Shown: piece by piece, positions 41,201 to 49,137 of the stretch
Numbering within the stretch: position 1 is the stretch's first letter
Layout of the letters: each line of letters begins with the position of its first letter
Assembly (NCBI GenBank): GCA_049303795.1
Contig: JBAQNM010000005.1
Location: 286,381-350,380, forward strand
Direction: 5' to 3'
Origin: Candidatus Moraniibacteriota bacterium
GTDB lineage: Bacteria; Patescibacteriota; Minisyncoccia; Moranbacterales; UBA2206
Length of the DNA: 64,000 nucleotides
Notes under the pieces: generated by a model
Databases searched by the model: none
Told to the model about the DNA's origin: nothing
Seen by the model: only the letters and a program-made list of their open reading frames with translations
Program-made: the position numbers and the translations under genes

Positions 41201-41729
41201 GAATGATTTTTGCTCCAAATAATTTCTTTCCTTTTTGATAGTCCATGGAAAAAAACACACCGGGACTTCTGATAATCTGACTGACAACAACTCTCTCTAC
41301 TCCATTTATAATAAAGGTTCCACGGTCAGTCATTAAAGGAAAGTCTCCTAAATAGATTTCTTGCTCTTTTACCTCACCAGTCTTCTTAATCAAAAGTTGC
41401 ACCTTGCAACGCAATGGGGCTTCATAGGAAATATTTTTATTCTTCGCCGTTACCTCATCGTACTTATAATCATCCAAGTAGTACTCTTTGAAAGATAGTT
41501 CCAGATCCTTTTCTGAAAAATCAGTAATCGGATTAACTTCATCCAAAAGCTCCTTCAAGCCTTTTTCCAAGAGCCAGTTATAGGAATTCATCTGCACTTC
41601 AATCAAGTTTGGCAGTGATACCATTGACATTGATTTGAAAAATTTTCTCTTTGCTAGAGAAGACTGCGCACTGAAGGTATCTTTAACCTTCAAACTTTTT
41701 GGGGCTTTAAGCATACAAATAATGCTCAT
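38280..41729 (-). CDS. rpoB: DNA-directed RNA polymerase subunit beta
   Basis: Conserved beta-subunit blocks throughout; 31-nt gap to rpoC. Confidence 0.95.
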   Translation of the reverse strand: MSIICMLKAPKSLKVKDTFSAQSSLAKRKFFKSMSMVSLPNLIEVQMNSYNWLLEKGLKELLDEVNPITDFSEKDLELSFKEYYLDDYKYDEVTAKNKNISYEAPLRCKVQLLIKKTGEVKEQEIYLGDFPLMTDRGTFIINGVERVVVSQIIRSPGVFFSMDYQKGKKLFGAKIIPNRGAWLEIETDTEGAIYVKIDRKRKVAITALLRAFGYSADEKLLEIFKKVDNGEVSFIEQTIAKDVAKNQGEGYKEVYKRIRPGDLATESNAKQVIDSMFFDFEKYDFGAVGRYRLNQRLEVETANDEEHRVLTREDLILIISEIIRLNNDPQAMADDIDHLGNRRVRSVGELVQNKLRVGFARTVRNIKDRMSTCDLETVVPGQLVNSRPIAASIKEFFASSQLSQFMDQVNPLAELEHKRRISAMGPGGLTRERAGFEVRDVHHSHYGRICPVETPEGPNIGLVGHLATYTKINEYGFLETPYIKIFKEVDNTAEKLVNRILDEELSGLTLGALIDEEMAKKIASKFKDKKTIRVKAHKSNENIEYINATVEDRKNIAHAGIQIDEFGNILDKKVGARVNGRATEIEASKLDYIDVSAKQCISVATSMIPFLEHDDANRALMGSNMQRQAVSCVKPEAPLVGTGIEDKAAVDSGQVVVARMAGEVVEVDADHIIIKEEAPIASKKPYLKREYHLQSFVKSNAFTSMNQVPRVAKGDIVKKGQLLADGASTDHGELSLGQNIVVAFIPWEGSNFEDAIIISEKLVQDDRYSSIHIEDFSIDVRDTKLGPEVITRDIPNIGEERLKNLDETGVIVIGAEVASGDILVGKISPKGEGDLTSEERLLRAIFGEKSRDVKDSSLYLPHGEYGKVVDIKVFSREQGDKLSTGVIQQIQVSVAQLKKISVGDKLAGRHGNKGVISRIAPVEDMPYLPDGTPVDMILNPLGVASRMNIGQIMETHLGWAALKLSYKAATPALEGVTEEQIKIELRKANLPESGKVRLTNGRTGDLFDNESTVGVMYVLKLHHLVDDKIHMRSIGPYSLITQQPLGGKAQFGGQRFGEMEVWALEGYGAAYTLQEMLTIKSDDQMGRSKAYEAIIKGEPIKSPNVPASFHVLVSELKGLGLSVELNEEEASDDEDNFEGQANQNDENIA

Positions 41730-41880
41730 ATTCGCTTTATTATTGATGATTCAATAAGGAAAAGTGAATTAAATGAGTTCTATATTAAAGTATTTAGTTT
41801 ACGCGCTGGTGATTTTATTCAAAAATTTGGAACGTATATATAAAAACATTATACACAACTAAAAAAATAAAGCAAGCCTT

Positions 41881-41897
41881 CCGCTATTTTTTAGCGG
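41881..41897 (-). promoter_or_regulatory. Leader hairpin (ccgcta-ttttt-tagcgg) in the rpoB 5' region, possible attenuator or terminator of the upstream gene
   Basis: 6-bp perfect stem; on the minus strand a T-tract follows after a 5-nt spacer. Confidence 0.3.
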
Positions 41898-41947
41898 ACT
41901 TCAAAACTTTACTAGAAAATATAAGCTATTTTTTTCATCACAAGGTC

Positions 41948-41977
41948 ATTATACACTTTTAGTGTATTTACTGTCAA
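41948..41977 (-). promoter_or_regulatory. Near-consensus sigma70-type promoter for rpoBC (TTGACA-18-TATAAT)
   Basis: Minus strand reads ttgacagtaaatacactaaaagtgtataat; -35 at 41972-41977 and -10 at 41948-41953, about 210 nt upstream of the rpoB start. Confidence 0.5.
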
Positions 41978-42017
41978 ATTTTTGAGATTTTTTGCTTGTT
42001 AAAAATCTTTTTGGAAA

Positions 42018-44327
42018 TCACAATTTCTCCAAAATACGCTCTGCCCTATCCTTTTCATCCTTAGGAATCTCGACAATATTTAAAAACCAAGATGTTTTTA
42101 CCGCCTCTCCCGCTAAAGCACTATAAACGCCTGTAAGTTTTAAAGTTCGAGCAATAGACACAAAAGCAAACATACCATCCTCTTGTTCTTGCTTCATCTC
42201 TACTATGCTATCTTGTTGTTTTTGACATTCATCTTTATCGACTTCATCGCAAAACTGAGACTGATTCGAATATAGGCCATCAAAAAATTTATGATAATAA
42301 TACTCCATTGAATTACAAATTCCTTGTGTATTAATGTATGAATCGGCATACATTTGCGGCGCATAATAACGAGACGCCGTTTTATAATCAGCACTATCTG
42401 CTAGCGCACCTTGCGCTCCACTTTTGAGACCAACCAAAAGAGATTGCAATGCAAAAAAATCAGTACTAAAAATAAACCTTCCATCCTCTAAGCTATAGTT
42501 CAATGTAACCTTAAAAGAAGGCACAAGAGAATCAATTTCAGGAGATTCAATGGCATACGAATATATTTTTCCTTCGGCAAGATCAGTTTCTGTGATTGAG
42601 GAATTCTCAACCCTCTTCAATGCTTCCTGATATTTTTTCTGCATAGCCTGTTTTTGCCTCACATAATCTTGATTAGTAACATCATAACTATCTTCCACGT
42701 TCATATCTGCATAGCTTGAATACATTTCGATTTGAAAATTTTTAATAACTTCAATAATTTTATGCATTGTGTCATTCATTTTTTGAGGATCAGAAATCTC
42801 AAAAATAGCTGCTCCTTCTGGAGAAAGATCTTTCTTGGTGAAAAGTACAAATGAACTATTTCCACTAATTAGATCAATAAAATTTGACTCTATATCAATA
42901 CCGATAGCATTTTTCATATCAGAAATAGCTTTATTCCATTCTTCCAATCCCTTGTCGGTTAAGTTATTTTTTTTGAAACCATAATATAATTCTTTCATAT
43001 TATTGTATTCAACGAAGACATCAGTCCAGCGACCATTTACTTGCTGTGGAATTTTTTTTGCCAAACTTTTTTCTACTGGAACATTTTGCATATCACCTAA
43101 TGAAACACTATTTGAATCCATCGTCAGAACGATCCCGTCCGGCTCAACACGGACCAAAAAGCCAGAAATAATGTTTTCCGGATATTTTATGTAGTCCGTT
43201 ACACTAGAACAATCGCTACCAACACAATCACGTTTACCAAAAAAATCACTGAAATTTATTTTATAATAAACTTCCACTAAACGCCTATCGCTTTTGTCAT
43301 TCAATTCTTTATCTACTTTTTGAAAATCCGTATCATTTTCTAATGAAGCGATTTTACCTTTAGAAAATAAACTGGAAAAAATTTGCTGCTTTTTTCTAAG
43401 TCCTATCACTTCCTTCATGTAATTTTCATTAGAAGTGAAAACCCAATTGCTTCCTAGCATTGCATGATAAGTCACAGCATAATTGATGTAGCTGGGACTA
43501 CTATTATCATCCTTTAGACTTAATTCATAATAAGAATAACCATCATTACTTTTTATTGTAACTTTATAGCGATCATCTTTTTGCAATTTTAATAAAACAT
43601 CCTTAGCTTTTTTTACATCTTTAATTTCAGAAGCAACTATAAAATCAAGCTGAGCTGGTCGCTTTTTATCATCCCTCTCCCCTAGCACAACTTTGTCTTT
43701 ATTATCTGAAAGTGCTGCGAGAGATTCCGCTTTTTTTTGCTCAAAAGAAAGCAGTAAATCATTTTGAATATTTTTTCCCAAAGGACTAGCATTAGGAATA
43801 ACCACATAGGCTTCATCACTGATAACTGGTTTTATATCTGATTGAAAGTCCAGCCCTCTTTCTTTAAATTTGTCTTGAATTACCTGAGAAACAGTTTTTC
43901 CATCGCCCGCATCATCTAATTCTTTTTTGAGCAAATCATAGCCAGGAAATTTCTTTAAATTTGATTCTAGCAATGTAAATTGTTCTCCATCTGGATTGAT
44001 TGTTATTTTTGCCACAATATTGGCATTGGATGGCAAAACGCTTTCAACAGAAAGCACGCGAAGATACTTGTCATAAAAGCCCAGGCCAAAAAAAACACCA
44101 CCCGAAAAAACAGCCACCAATATTATTATAATGAGGCTGATTTTATGATTTCCAAAAAAACTAAAAAAGCCTCCGAATCTCGATGGCTTTTCGATCATAT
44201 TCACAACTTGACTATCTTGATTATTTATAGAATTCTGATCGGCCTGATTTTCTGCATTATTAAAAATTTGAACCTCGGGCATTGCCTCGTTCAAATCACT
44301 CCCCATTTCTATATTTCTGTTGTCCAT
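42018..44327 (-). CDS. Hypothetical 769-aa N-terminally anchored extracytoplasmic protein
   Basis: Low-complexity N/Q-rich N-terminus, a single TM (ISLIIIILVAVFSGGVFFGLGF), and a large C-terminal domain; no recognisable motifs. Confidence 0.5.
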   Translation of the reverse strand: MDNRNIEMGSDLNEAMPEVQIFNNAENQADQNSINNQDSQVVNMIEKPSRFGGFFSFFGNHKISLIIIILVAVFSGGVFFGLGFYDKYLRVLSVESVLPSNANIVAKITINPDGEQFTLLESNLKKFPGYDLLKKELDDAGDGKTVSQVIQDKFKERGLDFQSDIKPVISDEAYVVIPNASPLGKNIQNDLLLSFEQKKAESLAALSDNKDKVVLGERDDKKRPAQLDFIVASEIKDVKKAKDVLLKLQKDDRYKVTIKSNDGYSYYELSLKDDNSSPSYINYAVTYHAMLGSNWVFTSNENYMKEVIGLRKKQQIFSSLFSKGKIASLENDTDFQKVDKELNDKSDRRLVEVYYKINFSDFFGKRDCVGSDCSSVTDYIKYPENIISGFLVRVEPDGIVLTMDSNSVSLGDMQNVPVEKSLAKKIPQQVNGRWTDVFVEYNNMKELYYGFKKNNLTDKGLEEWNKAISDMKNAIGIDIESNFIDLISGNSSFVLFTKKDLSPEGAAIFEISDPQKMNDTMHKIIEVIKNFQIEMYSSYADMNVEDSYDVTNQDYVRQKQAMQKKYQEALKRVENSSITETDLAEGKIYSYAIESPEIDSLVPSFKVTLNYSLEDGRFIFSTDFFALQSLLVGLKSGAQGALADSADYKTASRYYAPQMYADSYINTQGICNSMEYYYHKFFDGLYSNQSQFCDEVDKDECQKQQDSIVEMKQEQEDGMFAFVSIARTLKLTGVYSALAGEAVKTSWFLNIVEIPKDEKDRAERILEKL

Positions 44328-44388
44328 TTTTTTATTTATTTTATTTTTATACTCTCAATATATCACAAAAATTCATAAAAAACAATTT

Positions 44389-44432
44389 CAAAAAAATAAA
44401 AAACGACTAGCACCCCAATTGGAATGCTAGCC
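44389..44432 (-). terminator. Rho-independent terminator after the GC-elevated two-gene cassette
   Basis: ctagca-ccccaattggaa-tgctag stem-loop with a nested ccaattgg palindrome, followed on the minus strand by a T-run. Confidence 0.45.
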
Positions 44433-44459
44433 GCACATCATTCAATGAAAGATCGAGAT

Positions 44460-44816
44460 TTAAGCAGAGACAGCCAACTTGGGCTGGCAATATTCTTCCA
44501 TCTGCTCAGAATCGACATCAAGCGCTGACAAAAATCCTTCTGTCGCCATCACAACCTCTTTCGTGACATAATTCAACGAAGTAATGTTGTCAAAAAAAAC
44601 TGATTTTGTCGACCGAAAGGCATTGACCACCCTTTTCACCCTTTTGCCTTTACACGCCACGAGAAAATTTTCACAGGCATTATAAAAACCAGCATCAGCC
44701 TCTCCCGTCATAGGAAGCTCCTTGGAAAAAAATTTGCCAGCGTTTAATGCTCTTGCAATGTGAGCAATTGCTCTTTTTCTCGGCACTAAAAATCCTTTTT
44801 TTGCTCTTAACGCCAT
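44460..44816 (-). CDS. Hypothetical basic 118-aa protein
   Basis: Start chosen at MALRAKKG, preceded by a perfect AAGGAG RBS. Local GC is clearly higher than surrounding genes. Confidence 0.4.
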   Translation of the reverse strand: MALRAKKGFLVPRKRAIAHIARALNAGKFFSKELPMTGEADAGFYNACENFLVACKGKRVKRVVNAFRSTKSVFFDNITSLNYVTKEVVMATEGFLSALDVDSEQMEEYCQPKLAVSA

Positions 44817-44909
44817 GACCCAACTCCTTGTTGTCAAGAAATTAATGAATAAAAAAACACTCCTACCGCGCACCAACAAATGTCAATTTTTTAATAAATC
44901 AAAAGCGAA

Positions 44910-45491
44910 TCATTTCAATTCAGGATGCTTACCAGGCTTTAACACGCCCTCTTCGCTTTCAATAATATTCAACGGAACAGGTGGAAAATTCGGATACATC
45001 ACAATCCCGATTTTTGAGTCATTGCGATTTATTGACCCGTCAGGATTGTCGCCGAAGTAGACCCACTGATTATCCTGATCGAATTCCAGACCGCTACCGT
45101 CAGAGAGAAATTTAATCCTGATATGCTCCACTGTTGGCAATTTAAATGGATTATCCACTTTTCCCAAATTCGGAAGCCGAAATTCGGCATTGCCGTCGAA
45201 AACCTCGGCGGTCTCAATCAGGTCTTTTTCGTTAGCGTTTGGACTCCTTTCACTTGAAAATAATCCCAGATTACTTGCATATGAACGATCAATGTTGGAT
45301 ATTTTTATCACGATATCCTTACCTTGATCAACAATTTTTATTGAACAACCTTCATAGCCCGATTCGGCCAGCACAATAATTGAACCAGCGGAATTTTCTA
45401 CGTTTTCAGCCCGCACAATATCAGACTGGGCAGGCAAAATCGTCGGGGTAAATAAGATAGCAACAACCAATAAACTCAGTATTTTTCTCAT
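44910..45491 (-). CDS. Hypothetical secreted protein (signal peptide)
   Basis: MRKILSLLVVAILFTPTILPAQS signal peptide; AAGGAG RBS 7 nt upstream; elevated GC. Confidence 0.45.
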   Translation of the reverse strand: MRKILSLLVVAILFTPTILPAQSDIVRAENVENSAGSIIVLAESGYEGCSIKIVDQGKDIVIKISNIDRSYASNLGLFSSERSPNANEKDLIETAEVFDGNAEFRLPNLGKVDNPFKLPTVEHIRIKFLSDGSGLEFDQDNQWVYFGDNPDGSINRNDSKIGIVMYPNFPPVPLNIIESEEGVLKPGKHPELK

Positions 45492-45529
45492 GGCAAACTC
45501 CTTCTTTTTTTGAAAATGGTTTAAATGAT

Positions 45530-45561
45530 ATTTTATACATATTTACAGATTGCCATTGCAA
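45530..45561 (-). promoter_or_regulatory. Putative sigma70-type promoter for the secreted-protein cassette (TTGCAA-18-TATAAAAT)
   Basis: Minus-strand ttgcaatggcaatctgtaaatatgtataaaat, 40-70 nt upstream of the start at 45491. Confidence 0.35.
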
Positions 45562-45729
45562 TCCGATTATTTTTCAAAGAACCTTTGTTTTAAGCAAATC
45601 TAGCATTTATATGAATTTGCATTCATAACAGAAGAATATAGCTCAATATTTCAATTTTGTAAAGGGCAAAATATTCTTGTCAAAATTATATAGAAATGCC
45701 ATGCCTTTGCGTTTTTTAAAATTATTAAA

Positions 45730-46134
45730 TTAATTACCCAAACACATTGACTCTTTTGAAACTGTACCCATAATTACTTGCTCAATGCAACCGGTAGCAA
45801 AATTATCTGCGGAACATGTTCCTGTCATATTTTTCAAAGATTCTTTTTCAATTGTTGCTCTTTGCTCGTCAGTTAATTTTAGCGGGGAGCAAATTCCACT
45901 CTCACACTGACCGCCATCGGTGCAAATTTCACCAATTTTCTTGCTTGATACTACGCAAGTTTTTCGATCTTCAATCCATTCTCCTCCTACACTTTCGCAA
46001 TTCGGCTTATTCTCTTGGGGATTATGCCCAGGCAATGATGCATAATATTGACCAGATACAATTCCCGCTAGTATTATAACTACCACTACTCCCAGTATAA
46101 TCATTAAGGTTTTTTGTGCAGATTGTTTTTGCAT
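45730..46134 (-). CDS. Hypothetical anchored cysteine-rich small protein
   Basis: N-terminal TM and 10 Cys in the C-terminal 100 aa; architecture parallels the gene at 29792-30355. Confidence 0.4.
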   Translation of the reverse strand: MQKQSAQKTLMIILGVVVVIILAGIVSGQYYASLPGHNPQENKPNCESVGGEWIEDRKTCVVSSKKIGEICTDGGQCESGICSPLKLTDEQRATIEKESLKNMTGTCSADNFATGCIEQVIMGTVSKESMCLGN

Positions 46135-46264
46135 ATTTTTATTTAATTTATTTGATTATAATTTTCAAATTTTATCTAAACTTTTAAGTACCTGATTGGT
46201 TTAATTTTAGCAAAAAATACCTAATAAATCAATTTAGCAATCCTTGATCTGAAAAATTAATTTT

Positions 46265-47524
46265 TTATTTTAACAACTCCACATATTGCGCTTTTAATTC
46301 CTTGAATATTTTCATTCTTTCTTCGTCTAATGGTTGGCCTTTTGGCAAATCGAGCTTTAAAGGATTGACCGGAGTACCATTTAATTTTATCCCGTAATCA
46401 AGATGTGGCCCAGTAGACCAGCCAGTAGAACCAACATAGCCAATCACTTGGCCCTGATCCACTCTCACTCCTGATTTAATCCCTTTAGCAAAACTACTCA
46501 GATGTCCATAGTGCGAAGTGTATCCATTGTCATGACTAAGTCGAACCATATTGCCCCAGCCACCTTCCCAGCCAGCGCTAACTAGCGTTCCGCGCGCAGA
46601 AGCAACCACTGGCGTGCCAGAAGGAGCAGCGTAATCAATTTGATAGTGGGCAGAGATTTTCTTGGTAATCGGATGCATTCTTGCGCCAGTGAAACCTGAT
46701 GAAATATGACGATAACTAAGCGGGGCCTTCAGAAATTGTCTTTCCAATACTCGCCCTTCATCATCATAGTACCCGCCAGACCCATCATTATCAAAATAAT
46801 AGGCGTAAACACTCCGTCCAACATTAACAAATTTTGCTGCTAAAATTTTTCCGTCCGGCGCTTTTTCGCCAGTTAAACTTCTTTTTTCATAAACCACAAC
46901 AAATTCATCATCCTTTTGAATTTCTGTTGTGAAATCAACATCGAAAGAAAAAATATCTCCGACTTCCAAAACGCTCACTTCGGAAAGGCCGGATTCCATA
47001 GCGTCAACGTAGAAAAAATTATCAATTTTACCTCGTGCGATTTCCTGCGAAACGGAATAAGCAATTTTTTCTTCACGAGCAATAAAACCGCCCCCTTGCC
47101 TTTCAACAACAATTTTATGTTCATTACTCCTGTCGTATTCCATTTTTTTCAAAGTCCCATCACCCTTTTCAAAATAGAAACGCAAGTTTTGTCCAATTTT
47201 TATATTAGTAAAATCGTACACATCCTTTGTTGCCAAAAGCAGTAAGACTATTTCATTAGCATCTAATTTTCCCTGCAAGCCAAAAATTTCTGCCGGGATA
47301 TCCCCATCGATGACTGTATAATCGACAACATCAAAATCGTCTTTTTTGATTTGAGTGGCTTCTGATTGATTTTGTTTAATTGGAATCTCTAAGATTTTCC
47401 GTTTCCCTATAGCACCTTTAATCAAAACAAAACATTTCCATACAATAAAAAAGGAAAGTGCTATTAAAAAAACGGTTAATACTTTTCTTCTAAGACTAAT
47501 TTTATTCTCTTTATTATTTAACAA
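46265..47524 (-). CDS. M23 family (LytM-type) metallopeptidase, membrane anchored
   Basis: HYGHLSSF...GSTGWSTGPHLDYG M23 catalytic motifs; N-terminal TM. Likely TTG start at 47522-47524. Confidence 0.75.
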   Translation of the reverse strand: MLNNKENKISLRRKVLTVFLIALSFFIVWKCFVLIKGAIGKRKILEIPIKQNQSEATQIKKDDFDVVDYTVIDGDIPAEIFGLQGKLDANEIVLLLLATKDVYDFTNIKIGQNLRFYFEKGDGTLKKMEYDRSNEHKIVVERQGGGFIAREEKIAYSVSQEIARGKIDNFFYVDAMESGLSEVSVLEVGDIFSFDVDFTTEIQKDDEFVVVYEKRSLTGEKAPDGKILAAKFVNVGRSVYAYYFDNDGSGGYYDDEGRVLERQFLKAPLSYRHISSGFTGARMHPITKKISAHYQIDYAAPSGTPVVASARGTLVSAGWEGGWGNMVRLSHDNGYTSHYGHLSSFAKGIKSGVRVDQGQVIGYVGSTGWSTGPHLDYGIKLNGTPVNPLKLDLPKGQPLDEERMKIFKELKAQYVELLK

Positions 47525-47620
47525 GTTTTTATAGTTATTTTAAAATTAAAAAACACTAATAGCTAATCTAAATTAGCATATTTATAGATTTCACACAATT
47601 CAATTAAAACCAAGATTTGG

Positions 47621-47650
47621 TTGACATATGTTCTCAATCAGCGCTAGAAT
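47621..47650 (+). promoter_or_regulatory. Sigma70-type promoter (TTGACA-18-TAGAAT) for the plus-strand K-rich protein gene
   Basis: ttgacatatgttctcaatcagcgctagaat, about 55 nt upstream of ATG 47708. Confidence 0.45.
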
Positions 47651-47707
47651 AGATTTATAGACAAACAAGAAATCCGCCTATTTTCCAAATAATTTAAGAT
47701 CAAGCTT

Positions 47708-48163
47708 ATGGCTTTTAGTCCAGAAAAAAAAGACCCCGTAATAACAAAGGCTATCTCAGAAGCTAAAGCAGATGTAGCAAAGTCGATGACTCCTGAGGAA
47801 AAACAAACTGAAAAAGATGAATTAACTAAACAGGAAGTGGCAGATAAAAAGAAAGCCAATATTGAAAAAGAAAAGGTTCTTTCTGAACTTAATGAAGACT
47901 TAGATAAGGCAGAAAAACAAGAAAATAACAAAGAAAAACCAAGGAGATCAACTAAGAAAAAAAAGGACAAAACAAAAATAGAAAATCCTGAATCGACAGA
48001 AAAAACGAAAACCCCGCTTTGGAAATCAATCAAGGATAAGGCCCTAAAACTCAAAGAGTTAATCAAAAAAAACATACTCAAACCATTATCTTTCATATTT
48101 TGGACTATACTTCTTTTAGCTGTTTGGATTGGAGAACAGCTAGATAAAAAGGGGAAGAAATAA
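47708..48163 (+). CDS. Hypothetical lysine/glutamate-rich tail-anchored protein
   Basis: Charged low-complexity N-terminal 110 aa followed by a C-terminal TM (FIFWTILLLAVWIG). Supported by the upstream promoter; the overlapping minus-strand ORF 47644-48096 is S/F-rich and looks like an antisense artefact. Confidence 0.35.
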   Translation: MAFSPEKKDPVITKAISEAKADVAKSMTPEEKQTEKDELTKQEVADKKKANIEKEKVLSELNEDLDKAEKQENNKEKPRRSTKKKKDKTKIENPESTEKTKTPLWKSIKDKALKLKELIKKNILKPLSFIFWTILLLAVWIGEQLDKKGKK

Positions 48164-48183
48164 AAAAAACCCTCTCTACTTTT

Positions 48184-49137
48184 CTACCGACAAGCTGCCA
48201 AAGAAAAATAGCTTGTCGTTTTGACTATATTTCCACCTAAAATATTAGCTGAATTGGAATGATCAATAACTTCAAACTTGGCCTTTCCATTTTTTTGTGT
48301 TGCCGAAAGAAAAGTTGCAATCGATGTCGGAGAATCAAGGTTATCATTGTTAAGCTGAAAAAGCTTATCATAATCAAAACTTTGCAAAACCTTCAGTGTT
48401 TCATTATCTTTACTTTCTGCCTCATTACTATTTAGATAATGAGAAAAATCAACAGAAACAACTAACATATTTTTTTCATTTTCGAGATATTTAGAAAGTT
48501 CGTCATTCAGTTTTTCAATTTCTGCCCGAGTATTTTTGGCACTAAGAATTATCGGAACAATTTTAACATTAGGGAGATAGTACGCAATCAATGGAAAGAG
48601 TCCTGTTGTTGAATGTTCTTTTTGCATAATATAATTTTCAATTTGCATCAAGCCTTTTTCTTTCAAATCAGAAATTATTTCTTCATTAGGCATAACATTT
48701 CCAAAGGGTGTTTCCCAAATAGCATTGCTTGTTAATATTTTTTCACCTTTTTCCCAATGATTTGGTCCAACAACAAAAACTGTTTCGATTTTTTGAGATG
48801 CTAATTTCGCAAATAATCCCGCTGGCATAAATCCTGCCAAAAGGTGATGTGGAACAACCGCTGTCACAATCTGGCAATCAGAAAAAGTTTTCGGATTATT
48901 TTTTAGCCAAATCAAGGAATCATAAAAAGTTTTCTCATCATAAAACTGCACTTTCAAAGGCTCATTTTTAACAACGTCCACTTGCCTATCATCAGCGAGA
49001 AAAAATTTTTGAGAAAAAATAAAAGAATCAAATTTTTTAATGGAAACCAACAAAATCAATAAACACAATAAAATGATTAAGCCTATAAAAAGTGATATTT
49101 TTATTTTTTTCTGAGAGTTATATTTTTTAATTACCAT
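48184..49137 (-). CDS. MEMO1-family (AmmeMemoRadiSam protein B-like) protein, N-terminally membrane anchored
   Basis: AVVPHH, VGPNH, ETPFG, QKEHSTTGLFPLIAYYL, KIVPI and VSVDFSHY align with the conserved MEMO1 blocks (VPHAGY, LGPSH, TPLG, EHSLEvqlPFL, kivPi, SsDlSHY). Overlaps the upstream A2M gene by 11 nt. Confidence 0.55.
   Translation of the reverse strand: MVIKKYNSQKKIKISLFIGLIILLCLLILLVSIKKFDSFIFSQKFFLADDRQVDVVKNEPLKVQFYDEKTFYDSLIWLKNNPKTFSDCQIVTAVVPHHLLAGFMPAGLFAKLASQKIETVFVVGPNHWEKGEKILTSNAIWETPFGNVMPNEEIISDLKEKGLMQIENYIMQKEHSTTGLFPLIAYYLPNVKIVPIILSAKNTRAEIEKLNDELSKYLENEKNMLVVSVDFSHYLNSNEAESKDNETLKVLQSFDYDKLFQLNNDNLDSPTSIATFLSATQKNGKAKFEVIDHSNSANILGGNIVKTTSYFSLAACR

Noticed and set aside
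45610-45627. Palindrome tatgaat-ttgc-attcata in the intergenic region upstream of the secreted-protein cassette
   Set aside because: It is a short AT-rich palindrome in an AT-rich spacer and is likely fortuitous or an operator of unknown relevance; the evidence is insufficient.
47644-48096. 150-aa minus-strand ORF
   Set aside because: Its S/F/L-rich low-complexity translation is the mirror of the K/E-rich plus-strand ORF, which has a promoter.
48184-49137. Alternative call of the 317-aa protein as a LigB-type extradiol dioxygenase or CapA-like protein
   Set aside because: The block order and spacing (VPHH, GPNH, TPFG, EHS, KIVPI, DFSHY) fit the MEMO1 family better; LigB enzymes share the fold but not this block pattern.
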